64,000 bases of DNA from Gemmatimonas sp. (GCA_965279375.1 OZ257156.1:4960001-5024000); one strand, 5' to 3'. Numbered from the stretch's first letter, positions 1-10,160 are shown. Numbers and translations: made by a program. The notes: generated by a model not told the origin, from the sequence alone.

Positions 1-84
1 GCGTCGTAACTGGCCGTTTCTGCGCGATCGTCGCGTGGATGCCTACGGACCCATCACGCAGCGCTGGCTGCGGGGATCGTAGCC

Positions 85-1161
85 GTGGCACGTGACACCG
101 TGCCGCAGGTGCGCATGCCCGCCGAGTGGGAGCGCCATGACGCCACCTGGATCGGCTGGCCGACGCACGAGCCGGATTGGCCGGGCAAGTTCGGACCGAT
201 TCCGTGGGTGTACGCGGAGATCGTGCGCGCGCTCGCGCCGTTCGAGCGCGTGGAGATTCTCTGCCACGACGAACAAGTGCGTACGGACGCGCAGCATGCG
301 CTCGCCATGCATGATGTCGATCCGTCGCGCTTCCGGCTGCAACTGCAACCCACCGATCGCGTGTGGCTGCGTGACTCCGGTCCGACGGGCGTGCATCTCG
401 CCGACGGGTCGGTATCGCTCGTGCACTGGGACTTCGACGCATGGAGCAAGTACGACAACTACTCGCTGGACGTGCGCGTGCCCGAGGCCGTCGCGCGCGT
501 CACGGGGCTGCCTCGCGTCGAAGCATTGCGCCCGGACACCGGTGCGCGATTGGTCCTCGAAGGCGGGGGGATCGAAACCGATGGGCAGGGTACGATGTTG
601 GTGACCGAAGAGTGGTTGCTCTCCGACGTGCAGGTTCGCAATCCCGGACTCGACCGTGCTGGCTATGAGCGTGCCTTTGCGCAGTATCTGGGGATCACGC
701 ACACTGTCTGGCTGGGCGAAGGGTGTGTCGGCGACGACACGCACGGTCACGTCGATGACATCGCACGCTTCGTTGCACCCGGTGTCGTGGTGCTCGCCCA
801 TGAGGAAGATCCCGCTGACGAAAATCACCGCCGTTCGCTCGACAATCTGCATCGTCTCCAGCGCGCGACCGATGCGCGCGGCGAGGCGCTGCGCGTGGTG
901 ACGCTGCCGTATCCGCGCGCCGTCATCATGGAGGGCACCCGTCTGCCGGCGAGTTACGCGAATTTTTACATCGCCAACGGCGTCTGCATCGTACCCACCT
1001 TCAACGATGCGAACGATCGCGTGGCGCTCAATACGCTCGCAACGCTGTTGCCGGAGCATCGCATCGTCGGCATTCATGCCGTCGATCTGGTGTGGGGACT
1101 GGGCACGCTGCATTGTCTGACCCAGCAACAGCCTGCCGCCCGCGTGGACGTCGGAGGATGA
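85..1161 (+). CDS. aguA: Agmatine deiminase / peptidyl-arginine deiminase (PAD) family
   Basis: Motifs RMPAEWE, WLRDSGP, LEGGGIETDG, DDTHGHVDD, ASYANF and C-terminal catalytic GTLHCLTQQQP. Start could be ATG 115. Confidence 0.9.
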   Translation: MARDTVPQVRMPAEWERHDATWIGWPTHEPDWPGKFGPIPWVYAEIVRALAPFERVEILCHDEQVRTDAQHALAMHDVDPSRFRLQLQPTDRVWLRDSGPTGVHLADGSVSLVHWDFDAWSKYDNYSLDVRVPEAVARVTGLPRVEALRPDTGARLVLEGGGIETDGQGTMLVTEEWLLSDVQVRNPGLDRAGYERAFAQYLGITHTVWLGEGCVGDDTHGHVDDIARFVAPGVVVLAHEEDPADENHRRSLDNLHRLQRATDARGEALRVVTLPYPRAVIMEGTRLPASYANFYIANGVCIVPTFNDANDRVALNTLATLLPEHRIVGIHAVDLVWGLGTLHCLTQQQPAARVDVGG

Positions 1162-1778
1162 GCATGACGCCAGCTGAAAACGAAGTGCCACAGCAGCAGG
1201 CGCCACAGCATGATGCGCCGCAGCGTGCGCCCGAGCCGGAGTTGCCGGCGTGGGCCAAGCGCCGCGCGTCCAACGGTCAGATCCCGGATGGCGTGCTGGC
1301 GGTCTTTATCGGCCGGAAGTGGGAGAACACCTACCGACGGAAGTTCGCGCCGTTTCTCGAAGACCCCGCATTCGTGCCCACCTGGAACTGGAGCGCGGCG
1401 CTGACCCCGTTCTGGTTCCTGTATCGCAAACTGTATCTCACGTTCGCGATCTTTTTCATTGTGCCGGGGTTTGCCTTCCGATGGCTGACGGGCTCCGACA
1501 CGATCCTGACCATGCAGAACATCCAGCTGCCGGAGAACCAGCCGCTGGTACTGATGAACTTTGCGGTGTACCTGTCGAGCGGCATCGCGGCAGGTGGAAC
1601 CGCCAATTGGTTCCTCTTTCGCCGTGCTCAGGCGGCCACTCGTTTGGTGACGCTGCAGCAGTTGCCCGATGGCGAGGCGATGGGACTGTTGCAGCGGATC
1701 GGTGGCGTGAATCGCAGCGGGACGCTTCTGTTTCTGACGCTCTCGCTCGTGCTGGCGGTCGCGCAAGCGAGCGCATGA
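1158..1778 (+). CDS. DUF2628-like membrane protein
   Basis: ATGA overlap with the upstream stop; WNWSAAL..FWFLYRKLY motif; several hydrophobic segments. Confidence 0.7.
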   Translation: MSMTPAENEVPQQQAPQHDAPQRAPEPELPAWAKRRASNGQIPDGVLAVFIGRKWENTYRRKFAPFLEDPAFVPTWNWSAALTPFWFLYRKLYLTFAIFFIVPGFAFRWLTGSDTILTMQNIQLPENQPLVLMNFAVYLSSGIAAGGTANWFLFRRAQAATRLVTLQQLPDGEAMGLLQRIGGVNRSGTLLFLTLSLVLAVAQASA

Positions 1779-1901
1779 CGGAGCGGGATGACGCGCCGGC
1801 GGGTCGCCGCCGGGACATCGCGGTACGCGTCGGCCGGTTGGCCGGCGCGACGGTGTCGAGGCTTCTGGTGACGCGTCGTCCCTCCCCGATGTTGTTCATC
1901 G

Positions 1902-2438
1902 ATGACTGACGCGGAGTTGGTCGCCCGGACGCGTGGCGGAGACGCCAACGCGTTCGGGGAACTGGTGTCACGGTACTACGAGCCGTGCCGTCGTTTTGCG
2001 TACCACATGCTGGGGGATCGATCGGATGCGGAGGATGTCGTGCAGGACACGCTCATGCGGGCGTATCGCGCCATCGACCGCTACGACGAGCGCGATCAAT
2101 TCCGCGGTTGGCTGTTCCGCATTCTGACGAATCAGTGCCGCAATGCCCTTACTTCGCGTGGTCGGCGTACCCGACGGTTTGTACAGGATGACGTCGCCCT
2201 CGAGCAGGCGCATGCGCCCACCTCAGGGCTGCAACTCGGCACCGAGCATGCCGCCCTCGCGCGCGCCATGGCGCAGCTCGACCCGCTCCAGCGCGAAGCA
2301 CTGCTCCTCAAGTATGCCGAAGGGCTCGAGTACACCGAGATGTCGGCGATAACCGGCGTGGGAGAATCGGCGCTCAAGATGCGCGTCAAGCGCGGCAGCG
2401 AGCGGTTGCGCGGATTGCTGGGGTCACGCGATGAGTGA
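1902..2438 (+). CDS. ECF RNA polymerase sigma-70 factor
   Basis: Region 2 (DAEDVVQDTLMRAY, FRGWLFRILTNQC) and region 4 (REALLLKYAEGLEYTEMS..ALKMRVKRG). Confidence 0.93.
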   Translation: MTDAELVARTRGGDANAFGELVSRYYEPCRRFAYHMLGDRSDAEDVVQDTLMRAYRAIDRYDERDQFRGWLFRILTNQCRNALTSRGRRTRRFVQDDVALEQAHAPTSGLQLGTEHAALARAMAQLDPLQREALLLKYAEGLEYTEMSAITGVGESALKMRVKRGSERLRGLLGSRDE

Positions 2439-3123
2439 CGACGGCATGCTGCGCTTTCCTGCCCCGGATGACGCGCCCGAAGACGCGGCGACGGTTGCTG
2501 CCAACGCGGCGCTCGCTGCGCGCGTCGCGGCCATGTACGCGGCCACGCCGGTGGCCGATGCGGGCGCGGCCGATTGCTGCGCTCGCGCCATTCTCACCGA
2601 GCAGATGCACGCGACCGCGCTGGGCGTCGGCGACAGCGTGCGCCCGCGCTGGTGGTGGGGAGCGGCCGCTGCTCTCGTGGTCACCGCCGCGCTGGCCAAC
2701 TGGCAGTCGCGTCGCAGCAGTTCTGGCACCAGCGCGTCGCCGTCAGTCGCACAGGCCGCGCCCGCACTTTCGGCTCCAATGGAGACAATGCCGGAGTCGC
2801 TGCCGATGACGGGCATGCCCTTTGGGCGGGTGACGCCGGTTGCTGGGGGCGATGCGATCCGTTTCGACCTCAGACTCCCCTCCTCCGCCAAAGCCGTTGC
2901 CATTGTGGGCGACTTCAACGGGTGGGATGCCGGCGCCACCCCCATGCGCCCACGAAACGGCCAGAATTCGTGGTCCGCTCAGGTGGAGCTCAAGCCGGGG
3001 CGCCACGTCTACGCGTTCGTGATCGATGGTACGCGCTGGCTGGTGGACCCGCTCGCGCCACAGGTCTCCGACGCCGGCTTCGGCCCCTCCAACGCTGTGT
3101 TGGTCGAGGGAGGGCCGCAGTGA
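2431..3123 (+). CDS. Putative anti-sigma factor: one TM helix plus C-terminal CBM48/AMPK-beta-like glycogen-binding domain
   Basis: Overlaps the sigma stop; TM WWWGAAAALVVTAALANW; CBM48 motifs VAIVGDFNGW, LKPGRHVYAFVIDGTRWLVDP. Confidence 0.8.
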   Translation: MSDDGMLRFPAPDDAPEDAATVAANAALAARVAAMYAATPVADAGAADCCARAILTEQMHATALGVGDSVRPRWWWGAAAALVVTAALANWQSRRSSSGTSASPSVAQAAPALSAPMETMPESLPMTGMPFGRVTPVAGGDAIRFDLRLPSSAKAVAIVGDFNGWDAGATPMRPRNGQNSWSAQVELKPGRHVYAFVIDGTRWLVDPLAPQVSDAGFGPSNAVLVEGGPQ

Positions 3124-3812
3124 GCCTGGGCTTCGTTGGGCTCCTGCTCGTCGCAACGCAAGTTGCCGCTGCCCCGCTGGCGCCCAGTGCGCTCGCGCAG
3201 ACGCCGCCGGCTCGTGTGCCACAGCAGCTGACGTTCGACGCCGCGCGCTTCGACAGCCTCACCGCCCTCGCGCTGCGCTCGATCCTCGACAGTGCTTCTC
3301 AGCGTGGCCTGCCGACGGCTCCACTCATCGGCCGTGCGCTGCAGGGCGCCGCGCTGAAGGTCGGTGGCCCGCGCATTCTGCTGGCCGTCCGAGAGTACGC
3401 CGTCGCGCTCGAGGTCGCCCGCGAAGTGCTGGGGCCGGAGTCGACGGTCTCCGAGCTCGATGCCGGCGCCGCCGCGCTCAAGTCGGGGATCGACGAGAAG
3501 GCGCTTTCGGCGATCCGTTCGACGCGCCCAGCGGGCACAGCCGTGATGCCGCTGATGGTGCTCACCGACATCGTCAAACGCGGCGTTCCGCAGGCGTCCG
3601 CGCGAGATGCGGTGACGTCGATCGCCCGCCTGCCCCGCTCGGACGAAACGCTGATGGGGCTGCAGGTCACGGTCGCAAAGAATCAGTTGAGAGGGCCGGG
3701 TATGGCCGTAGACGCGATGCAGCGCTATCTTCGCGGCACGGTCCCCGGTAGTGGTCCGCCGTCCGCGCCCGCGACGGTAGATCGTAAACCGATCCGTCCT
3801 CCTGATCCGTGA
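3120..3812 (+). CDS. Hypothetical exported helical protein
   Basis: GTGA overlap at 3120-3123; signal-peptide-like N-terminus (MSLGFVGLLLVATQVAAA); Ala/Leu-rich helical pattern. Confidence 0.7.
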   Translation: MSLGFVGLLLVATQVAAAPLAPSALAQTPPARVPQQLTFDAARFDSLTALALRSILDSASQRGLPTAPLIGRALQGAALKVGGPRILLAVREYAVALEVAREVLGPESTVSELDAGAAALKSGIDEKALSAIRSTRPAGTAVMPLMVLTDIVKRGVPQASARDAVTSIARLPRSDETLMGLQVTVAKNQLRGPGMAVDAMQRYLRGTVPGSGPPSAPATVDRKPIRPPDP

Positions 3813-5233
3813 CGCCCGCCCCCCGCTTCCTTCGCGCGTCGCGCCGCCGCTCTCTGCTGAGCCGCGGACCGGCTGTGCCGTGCGCGCTGGTCACGATGGT
3901 GCTGGTGGCGAGCCCGCTCTCCGCCCAGCGACGCGGTGATGCGCCGGTGGCTCCGTCGTCGGCACTCGGCCCGGCCACGGAATCGCCCACGCTCGCCGTC
4001 ATGGGACTCGCGTCGCTTCCTGATGGCAGCGGCAACGCCCTCGCGCAGCGCAACGCACTCTGGATGGGCGCCACGCAACCGATCGGCCGACTGGGGCGCG
4101 TGCGCTTCTCGTCGATCGCGACGGGCAACTATCTGGCCAAGGAAGCGGTCGGTACCGGATCCTCAGTCGAGGGACTTGTCTCGTTGCGCGCGCGATCCCG
4201 CGTTGGCGAGGGACAGATCTGGAGCGCCGTCAGCTACGGCCGCGCCTCGGTCAACGGCGACATGGCATCGCGTCTGCTCGGCAACTCCGTCGGCATGCTC
4301 CCCGGTGGGTTCGATGGCGCGCGCGCGGACACAACGATTTCGCGCCGCGTCGATGTTGGCACGATCGGACGCGCCGAAGCCGGCATGATTCACAACGTCT
4401 CGGGCGTCGAGCTTTCGTTTGGATTCTCGGTCGAGCGCGCCACGCGCGTGACCACGCAGACGTTGCGCATCGACCAGTCCTCCAACGGACTGCCGCCGCT
4501 ACCCACCGCCGATCAGGTCAGCACCGTTCGCACGCTCCGGGCATTGCAACGGCGCGATATCGCCACCGGTGTGGCCTCTGCGGGCTTCAACACCGGCCCG
4601 ACGACGTGGCTGGTGTCCGTCACGGCGCCCGTTGCCACCTGGATCACGAGCGACGCCCTCTCGCCGCGTCCGCGCACGGCGCCCACCGTCGCATCGCTCG
4701 CGATCGCGCAACCGATCACGGCGTGGCTCAGCCTAGTCGGCGCTGCCAGCACCAACTCGGCGTCCGTCGGGAGCACAGCACTGCGCGACGACGTTGGACC
4801 CGGACGTGGCAAGAACTTCGCACCGGTGGTCGCGCTCGGTGTGCGTATTGCGCGGCTGCCGTTCCGCGGCGGCGATGACACGCCGCGCGGCATTCTCTCC
4901 TTCGAGACGCGCACGATCGGCTCGGTGGACTCGGCGGCGATCGATCTCGCGGAACCGGCGGCCGACGCCGACACGCTGCGCGTCGTGCTGCTGATCGACG
5001 CGCCGAAGGCCGAGTCGGTGGAGATCATGGGTGACGCCACGCAGTGGGTGGTCACGCAGATGACGCGCAATCGCAACGGCCGTTGGCGCGCGGAGCTCAA
5101 GCTCGCCCCGGGCATGCATCGCGTCACCGTACGTGCCGACGGCGGTCGCTGGATTGCACCGCCCGGCCTGCCGATCGGCAGCGACGACTACGGCAGCGCC
5201 GTGGGCGTCATTGTGGTGAAGGGGAAGCAGTAG
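3809..5233 (+). CDS. Exported protein with beta-strand-rich N-region and C-terminal CBM48-like domain
   Basis: GTGA overlap; signal peptide ending SPLSA-Q; C-terminal VEIMGDATQW..WRAELKLAPGMHRV..DGGRWIAPPG..DDYG. Confidence 0.75.
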   Translation: MTPAPRFLRASRRRSLLSRGPAVPCALVTMVLVASPLSAQRRGDAPVAPSSALGPATESPTLAVMGLASLPDGSGNALAQRNALWMGATQPIGRLGRVRFSSIATGNYLAKEAVGTGSSVEGLVSLRARSRVGEGQIWSAVSYGRASVNGDMASRLLGNSVGMLPGGFDGARADTTISRRVDVGTIGRAEAGMIHNVSGVELSFGFSVERATRVTTQTLRIDQSSNGLPPLPTADQVSTVRTLRALQRRDIATGVASAGFNTGPTTWLVSVTAPVATWITSDALSPRPRTAPTVASLAIAQPITAWLSLVGAASTNSASVGSTALRDDVGPGRGKNFAPVVALGVRIARLPFRGGDDTPRGILSFETRTIGSVDSAAIDLAEPAADADTLRVVLLIDAPKAESVEIMGDATQWVVTQMTRNRNGRWRAELKLAPGMHRVTVRADGGRWIAPPGLPIGSDDYGSAVGVIVVKGKQ

Positions 5234-5251
5234 TCCGCTTCCGCCGCGGCG

Positions 5252-6031
5252 TCAGAACGTCAGCGAACGCAGCGCCTGTGTACCACTTCGACTGGCAGTC
5301 ACGCGTGTGCCATCCCGCATCTCCACGCTGAGTCGGCCCGCGTCGAACGGGGCCAGCGCTGCCACGTAGTCCAGATTCACTGCGTGCGAGCGGTGAATGC
5401 GAACGAAGCGCCGACCGTCAAGCCGCTCCAGCAGCGACGCCAGTGTGATCGTGAGCAGATGTCGACGTCCGCGCGTGATGATGGCGACGTAGTCATCCTC
5501 CGCCTCCAGCCGCTCGATGTCGGCGACCGCCACCGGGACGATGCGTCCCCGCTCCCGCACGAAGACGCGCGACAAGGTGCCCTGCACCGCGCGCAAGCGG
5601 TCCACCACGGGGCCGTTCTCGTCGGTCGCAAGCGCCCGTTCCGCTCGGCTCACCGCCGTAGCGAATCGCTCCGGGCCAAAGGGCTTGAGCAGGTAGTCCA
5701 CAGCCCCGAGTTCGAACGCCTGCACCGCGTAGCTGTCGAACGCCGTGGTGAAGATGATTGCGGGCCTATGGACGATCCGTTCGAGCACGGCGATGCCCGG
5801 CAGCTCCGGCATCTGGATGTCCAGAAAGACCAGCGACGGTCGCAACCGATCGATGAGCGTGACGGCGCTCGCACCGTCGGCCGCGTCACCGACCCAAAGC
5901 AATCCAGGCGTCGCCTCGATGAGTCCACGCAGATGCATCCGCGCCAGCGGCTCGTCTTCGCAGACGAGCACCGTGAGTGGGGTCGCGGGCGCGTCCGCCG
6001 CGAATGGCCGAGCGTCGGTGGGTGTGTTCAT
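5252..6031 (-). CDS. LytTR-family response regulator
   Basis: Receiver (EDEPLAR, FLDIQMP, DYLLKP) plus LytTR domain (EAEDDYV, FVRIHRSHAVN). Confidence 0.95.
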   Translation of the reverse strand: MNTPTDARPFAADAPATPLTVLVCEDEPLARMHLRGLIEATPGLLWVGDAADGASAVTLIDRLRPSLVFLDIQMPELPGIAVLERIVHRPAIIFTTAFDSYAVQAFELGAVDYLLKPFGPERFATAVSRAERALATDENGPVVDRLRAVQGTLSRVFVRERGRIVPVAVADIERLEAEDDYVAIITRGRRHLLTITLASLLERLDGRRFVRIHRSHAVNLDYVAALAPFDAGRLSVEMRDGTRVTASRSGTQALRSLTF

Positions 6032-7089
6032 GCGGGGATGCGCACCGAGATGGCGTAGCCTTCGCCAACGGCCGTGCGCACGTCGACGGTAGCCGCGTCT
6101 CCGTAGCGAGCGGCGAGGCGCTGGCGCAACGCGTCGAGCCCGATGCCGTGACTGCGCACGCCATCCGCACTCGACACCCCCGGGCCGTCATCACGCACTT
6201 CGAGCACAAGCGTGTTGGCCTCCAGTCGTCCGCCAACTTTCACCGTGCCTCCCGAGGCGTTCGGCGCAACGCCGTGCTTGACGGCATTCTCCACCAGCGA
6301 CTGCAGCACGAAGCTGGGGACGCGGCGCTCCAGCGCCTCGTGCGTGATCTCGCGATGCACGCGCAATCGATCACCAAAGCGCAGCGCCTCGAGCGCGAGA
6401 TAGGCCTCGGTGAAGGCCACCTCGTCGGCCAATCGCACCTCTTCGCGTCCGCCCTGCTTGGCGTCGAGTACGTAGCGCAGCAGCGCGCTGAGCCGCTCGA
6501 CCGCCTGCTCAGCGGCGGCGGGGTCGTGCCGAATGAGCACCGTGACGGAGTGCAGCGTGTTGAAGAGAAAGTGTGGATCGAGTCGGCCGCGCAGCGCCTC
6601 GAGTTCCGCGCGCGCACGAAGCGCATCGAGGCGATCGAGACGTGCCTCCTGCTCGCGTGCCCGCGCCGACGACTGGCGTGCCCAGACCACGCCGCAGAGA
6701 GCGAAGTAGATCAGTACACCTTCGAACGTCTGCCAGTGCAGCCACGGGGCGACGAGTCGGCCGACCGTCGACCAGTCCGATGCGTCCTTCCAGATGCCCA
6801 GCACGATCAGCGCGTCCCATGCGGCGGCGTAGAACAGCGCCATGCCCGCGTGCACCAGAAAAAACCGCGGCGTGGGACGCGCCGGCCAGCTCCATCGTTG
6901 CGACAGCCATTGCACAACGACGCCAAGCACCGCAGCGGTAGCCACGGTGCTGAACGCGGCGACGATCGCATCGCGTGCCGAAACACCGCTGGACGCACCG
7001 ATCAGCAGTGCATAGATGAGCACCAGCGGCGTCCATGCCGCTGCGTACCACGCGCTGCCACGCACCAGAGCCGACCAATTGCGCGTCAT
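6028..7089 (-). CDS. LytS/YehU-type sensor histidine kinase
   Basis: Multiple N-terminal TM helices; LDPHFLFNTL H-box; LVENAVKHG; DDGPG; GIGLDAL. Confidence 0.95.
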   Translation of the reverse strand: MTRNWSALVRGSAWYAAAWTPLVLIYALLIGASSGVSARDAIVAAFSTVATAAVLGVVVQWLSQRWSWPARPTPRFFLVHAGMALFYAAAWDALIVLGIWKDASDWSTVGRLVAPWLHWQTFEGVLIYFALCGVVWARQSSARAREQEARLDRLDALRARAELEALRGRLDPHFLFNTLHSVTVLIRHDPAAAEQAVERLSALLRYVLDAKQGGREEVRLADEVAFTEAYLALEALRFGDRLRVHREITHEALERRVPSFVLQSLVENAVKHGVAPNASGGTVKVGGRLEANTLVLEVRDDGPGVSSADGVRSHGIGLDALRQRLAARYGDAATVDVRTAVGEGYAISVRIPA

Positions 7090-7095
7090 GCCAGC

Positions 7096-7881
7096 CTAAC
7101 GTCCGGTTACTGCCGGTCGCAGGATGTCGCGCACCCAGCGGTACTGCGGCTCGAGTGCGAGCGCCTTGTCATACGCCGCCCGCGCCGCGGCCGCGTTGCC
7201 GCGCTCCTTCTCCATCTGCCCCAACCACGCGTACGCTTCCGCAGCCCCCCACGCGGGTAGCGGTCGCACGGGTGCATCCGACGCGAAGGCGGCGACCGCC
7301 TTCTGCACGAGCGCGTAGCCCTTGTCCTTGCCACCGCCCCACATCGATGGCGTGAACCATGCGGCGACGCCAGCGAGCAGGAGCACGCGCGGATTGGTCG
7401 GTCCGAGCACGCGCGCACTGTCGCCCGCCTCGGAGGCCGCCGATCCGTAACGCATGCCGGCGACCATGCCTGTGCCAGCCATCGTACCCAGGCACGAGGA
7501 GAGGAGCGCCTGCGTTTCGGGCAGCGATCGTGCAGCCGCCGAGCGCCGCAGGAAATCGATCGCCTTGAGCAACATCGCTTCCTGCGCATCGGAGATCGTC
7601 TCGTCGTCGCGCTGACGCATCACCTCGCGATAGAGACCGTAGCCACGAAAGTGCAGCAGCAGCGGATCGTTGGGGAACGCCGTCAGCGCCTTGTCGAGCA
7701 TCGCGCCCGCCGCGGCGAGTGCAGCCGCATCGTCGTCGCGCGCGGCCCGTTCGATCACCACGCGCGCGCTGTCTGCCCAGCGCGCGCTACCCGTGAGCGG
7801 CGTAGCGGGTTGTTGCGCCGAAAGCGGCGACACCAGCGGCAATGCAATCGTGAGAGACAGCAACATGGCAGCGACGAGCAT
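7096..7881 (-). CDS. Exported TPR-like protein
   Basis: Signal peptide (MLVAAMLLSLTIALPLVSPLSA-Q); TPR-like helices (AEAYAWLGQ..ARAAYDKALALEP); FTPSMWGGG motif. Start chosen at ATG 7881, just after the receptor stop. Confidence 0.75.
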   Translation of the reverse strand: MLVAAMLLSLTIALPLVSPLSAQQPATPLTGSARWADSARVVIERAARDDDAAALAAAGAMLDKALTAFPNDPLLLHFRGYGLYREVMRQRDDETISDAQEAMLLKAIDFLRRSAAARSLPETQALLSSCLGTMAGTGMVAGMRYGSAASEAGDSARVLGPTNPRVLLLAGVAAWFTPSMWGGGKDKGYALVQKAVAAFASDAPVRPLPAWGAAEAYAWLGQMEKERGNAAAARAAYDKALALEPQYRWVRDILRPAVTGR

Positions 7882-7894
7882 ACGTCGCAGCGTG

Positions 7895-10123
7895 TCAGTT
7901 GAGAAGTGTAGCGCCGACATAAAGAGCCCGATTGAAGGGAGCACGAACCGGCAGACGCTCGCGATAGTCGGCACTCCACCGATACCGCATCACGTTGCCG
8001 CGATTGAAGACGTTGGACAGGTCACCCCACAGCACCATGGCACGTCCACTGCCGATAGGCCGATACCAACTGGCGGAGACATCGCTGCGCCAATACGACG
8101 GCAGCCGTTCCGCATTCGGTGCACCGAAGACGGGTGATGCACGTCCGTTCTGCTGCACCACGTCCACGATGTCGGTGAACGGGCGCCCGGTGGCATGACG
8201 TAGCGCCGTGCTGATCGTGAGGGGACCGATGTGGCGCTCGGTGATCCAGCTGACCGAATGCCGCACGTCGCCGATCGCCGGAGCGTCGATGCCCGTGTCA
8301 GGATCATCTCGGTGCGAGCGCACGACGCTCCACGCCACGCGGCTACGTGCCGACGCGCTCATGCGGAATCGCAGCAGTAGATCCACGCCGCGCGCGTGCC
8401 CCGCGCCGTTCCCCGCTACGCCGAAGTCGCGCGTGAACTGCCAGAGATTCGCATACGCCTTGTCGTAGAACTCAACGCGCAGCCCCGTGCTGTCGCCGCC
8501 CCACTGCATGCCCACGATCGATTCGCGCACCCGCATCGGGTCGAACGCACGCTCACCACCTTCGGGGCGATAGAACGTGGGCTCGGCGACCTGATGCAGC
8601 ACGCCCCACGCCGCCGTGAAGCCGAGTGTGCCACGCTGCCACGCCACTGACAGACGCGGGTCCACCGTGCGCACGCCAGTGATGGTGGCGCGGTCGGTGC
8701 GCACGCCACCGGCAATGCGTACACCGTGCGTGTTGCGCGCGACGGCCTCCACGAACGCGCCCGTCCGATCGCTCCGCACGTCGGCCACAAAGAGCGGTCT
8801 TGCGGCGCTGTCGCGACTGGTGAGCATGCCATCGTAGTAGGCGTCGAGACGCTCCACGTCCCCGCCCACGCGCAGTTCGAGCCCGCGGTCGGAATGCCAA
8901 CCCAATGAGCCCACGACATGCGTGGCACCGAGTCGCGTTCCGAATTGCGTCCCGTCCACCGTCTCGCGCCGGTCTACTGTGGAGCGCGCGACGGTGACAG
9001 CGGGACGAAGTACCGTTGCGCTGTCTCGCCACGAAAGCACGAGCATCTCCTGCCCCGTGCTCGCGGCATAGCGGCTGCCGCTCTGCACGCCAGCATCGCC
9101 GACGCCTACTCGTGACGCATCGCGCAATCCGAACAAACGGATCCGTCCGGCTTTGCTGCTCTGCCACTCGACGGTGCCGCTCACGTCGCCGCCACGCGGT
9201 GGTGGATCGTACGGCTGTGCCTCGCCAAAGATCGCCACCAGCGGCGTCAGCGATCGCACGTTCGCCGTCGCGCGTACCCCCAGTCGCGCGTGCGGTGCGA
9301 GCGCCGCGGACACTCCTGCGCTCCCCACCGACAGCGTCGCGCTGCCCGTCGACTTGGCGGGGCGCCCAGCGGTTTCCATGCGCACGAGTCCGGAGAGTGC
9401 ATTGCCGTACTGGGCGCCAAATCCGCCCGCGGCGAAGACGGTCCGCTCGAGCAGGAACGGATTGACGGTCGCGGTGCTGTGGCCGAGTGGATTGTCGAAG
9501 CGTGCAGGTGAGAGAAGCCACGCGTCGTCCAGCAAGACGCGAGTCTCTGTGACATCGCCACCGCGCACGAAGAGCCCACTGCCTTCGTCCACCGCCTGTG
9601 GCCCTGGCAGCGTCTGCAGCGCCTTCGCGACGTTGGCCGCCGCGCCCGGTGTCTGTGCCACTTCCAGCGGTGTCAGCGTCGCCGAACGACCCGCGCCCAG
9701 CGTGTACTCGCCTGCCGCCACCACCGTCAGGGTGGAAAGCGACGGCGGCATCGGCTGGATCGCGAGCGCGATCGCCGTATCCAGTGGTACGCTCACATCT
9801 AGAGTCGCTGGCACGAATCCTACGCGACGCGCGACCAGGGTCGCGATGCCGCGATGCACCGTGCGCAACACGAAGGCACCGGCGCTGTCCGTTTCGCTTC
9901 GCTCCAGCGTTTCCAGCAGACTCACCGACACGCCGACTGCGCCTTTCCCTGACGGCAGCCGGACGATGCCGCGAACGACCGACGCTGCGTTGGTCTGCGC
10001 ATCCGCCGTCGCGCAGAGACCGGACGTCGCGCTGACGATCACGAGTGCATGCAGCGCGGCTCGTGCAATGCGCCTCAGGTCAGCGCATGGACTCGGTGCG
10101 TGGAAACGGAAAGAGGGTCGCAT
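7895..10123 (-). CDS. TonB-dependent receptor with N-terminal carboxypeptidase-regulatory-like domain
   Basis: Plug motif LQTLPG..GLFVRGGD..GGFGAQYGNALSG; barrel strands; C-terminal SNVFNRGN. Confidence 0.88.
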   Translation of the reverse strand: MRPSFRFHAPSPCADLRRIARAALHALVIVSATSGLCATADAQTNAASVVRGIVRLPSGKGAVGVSVSLLETLERSETDSAGAFVLRTVHRGIATLVARRVGFVPATLDVSVPLDTAIALAIQPMPPSLSTLTVVAAGEYTLGAGRSATLTPLEVAQTPGAAANVAKALQTLPGPQAVDEGSGLFVRGGDVTETRVLLDDAWLLSPARFDNPLGHSTATVNPFLLERTVFAAGGFGAQYGNALSGLVRMETAGRPAKSTGSATLSVGSAGVSAALAPHARLGVRATANVRSLTPLVAIFGEAQPYDPPPRGGDVSGTVEWQSSKAGRIRLFGLRDASRVGVGDAGVQSGSRYAASTGQEMLVLSWRDSATVLRPAVTVARSTVDRRETVDGTQFGTRLGATHVVGSLGWHSDRGLELRVGGDVERLDAYYDGMLTSRDSAARPLFVADVRSDRTGAFVEAVARNTHGVRIAGGVRTDRATITGVRTVDPRLSVAWQRGTLGFTAAWGVLHQVAEPTFYRPEGGERAFDPMRVRESIVGMQWGGDSTGLRVEFYDKAYANLWQFTRDFGVAGNGAGHARGVDLLLRFRMSASARSRVAWSVVRSHRDDPDTGIDAPAIGDVRHSVSWITERHIGPLTISTALRHATGRPFTDIVDVVQQNGRASPVFGAPNAERLPSYWRSDVSASWYRPIGSGRAMVLWGDLSNVFNRGNVMRYRWSADYRERLPVRAPFNRALYVGATLLN

Positions 10124-10160
10124 ACACCGGAGCGTACGCGACCCTCATGCAACTTCACGT

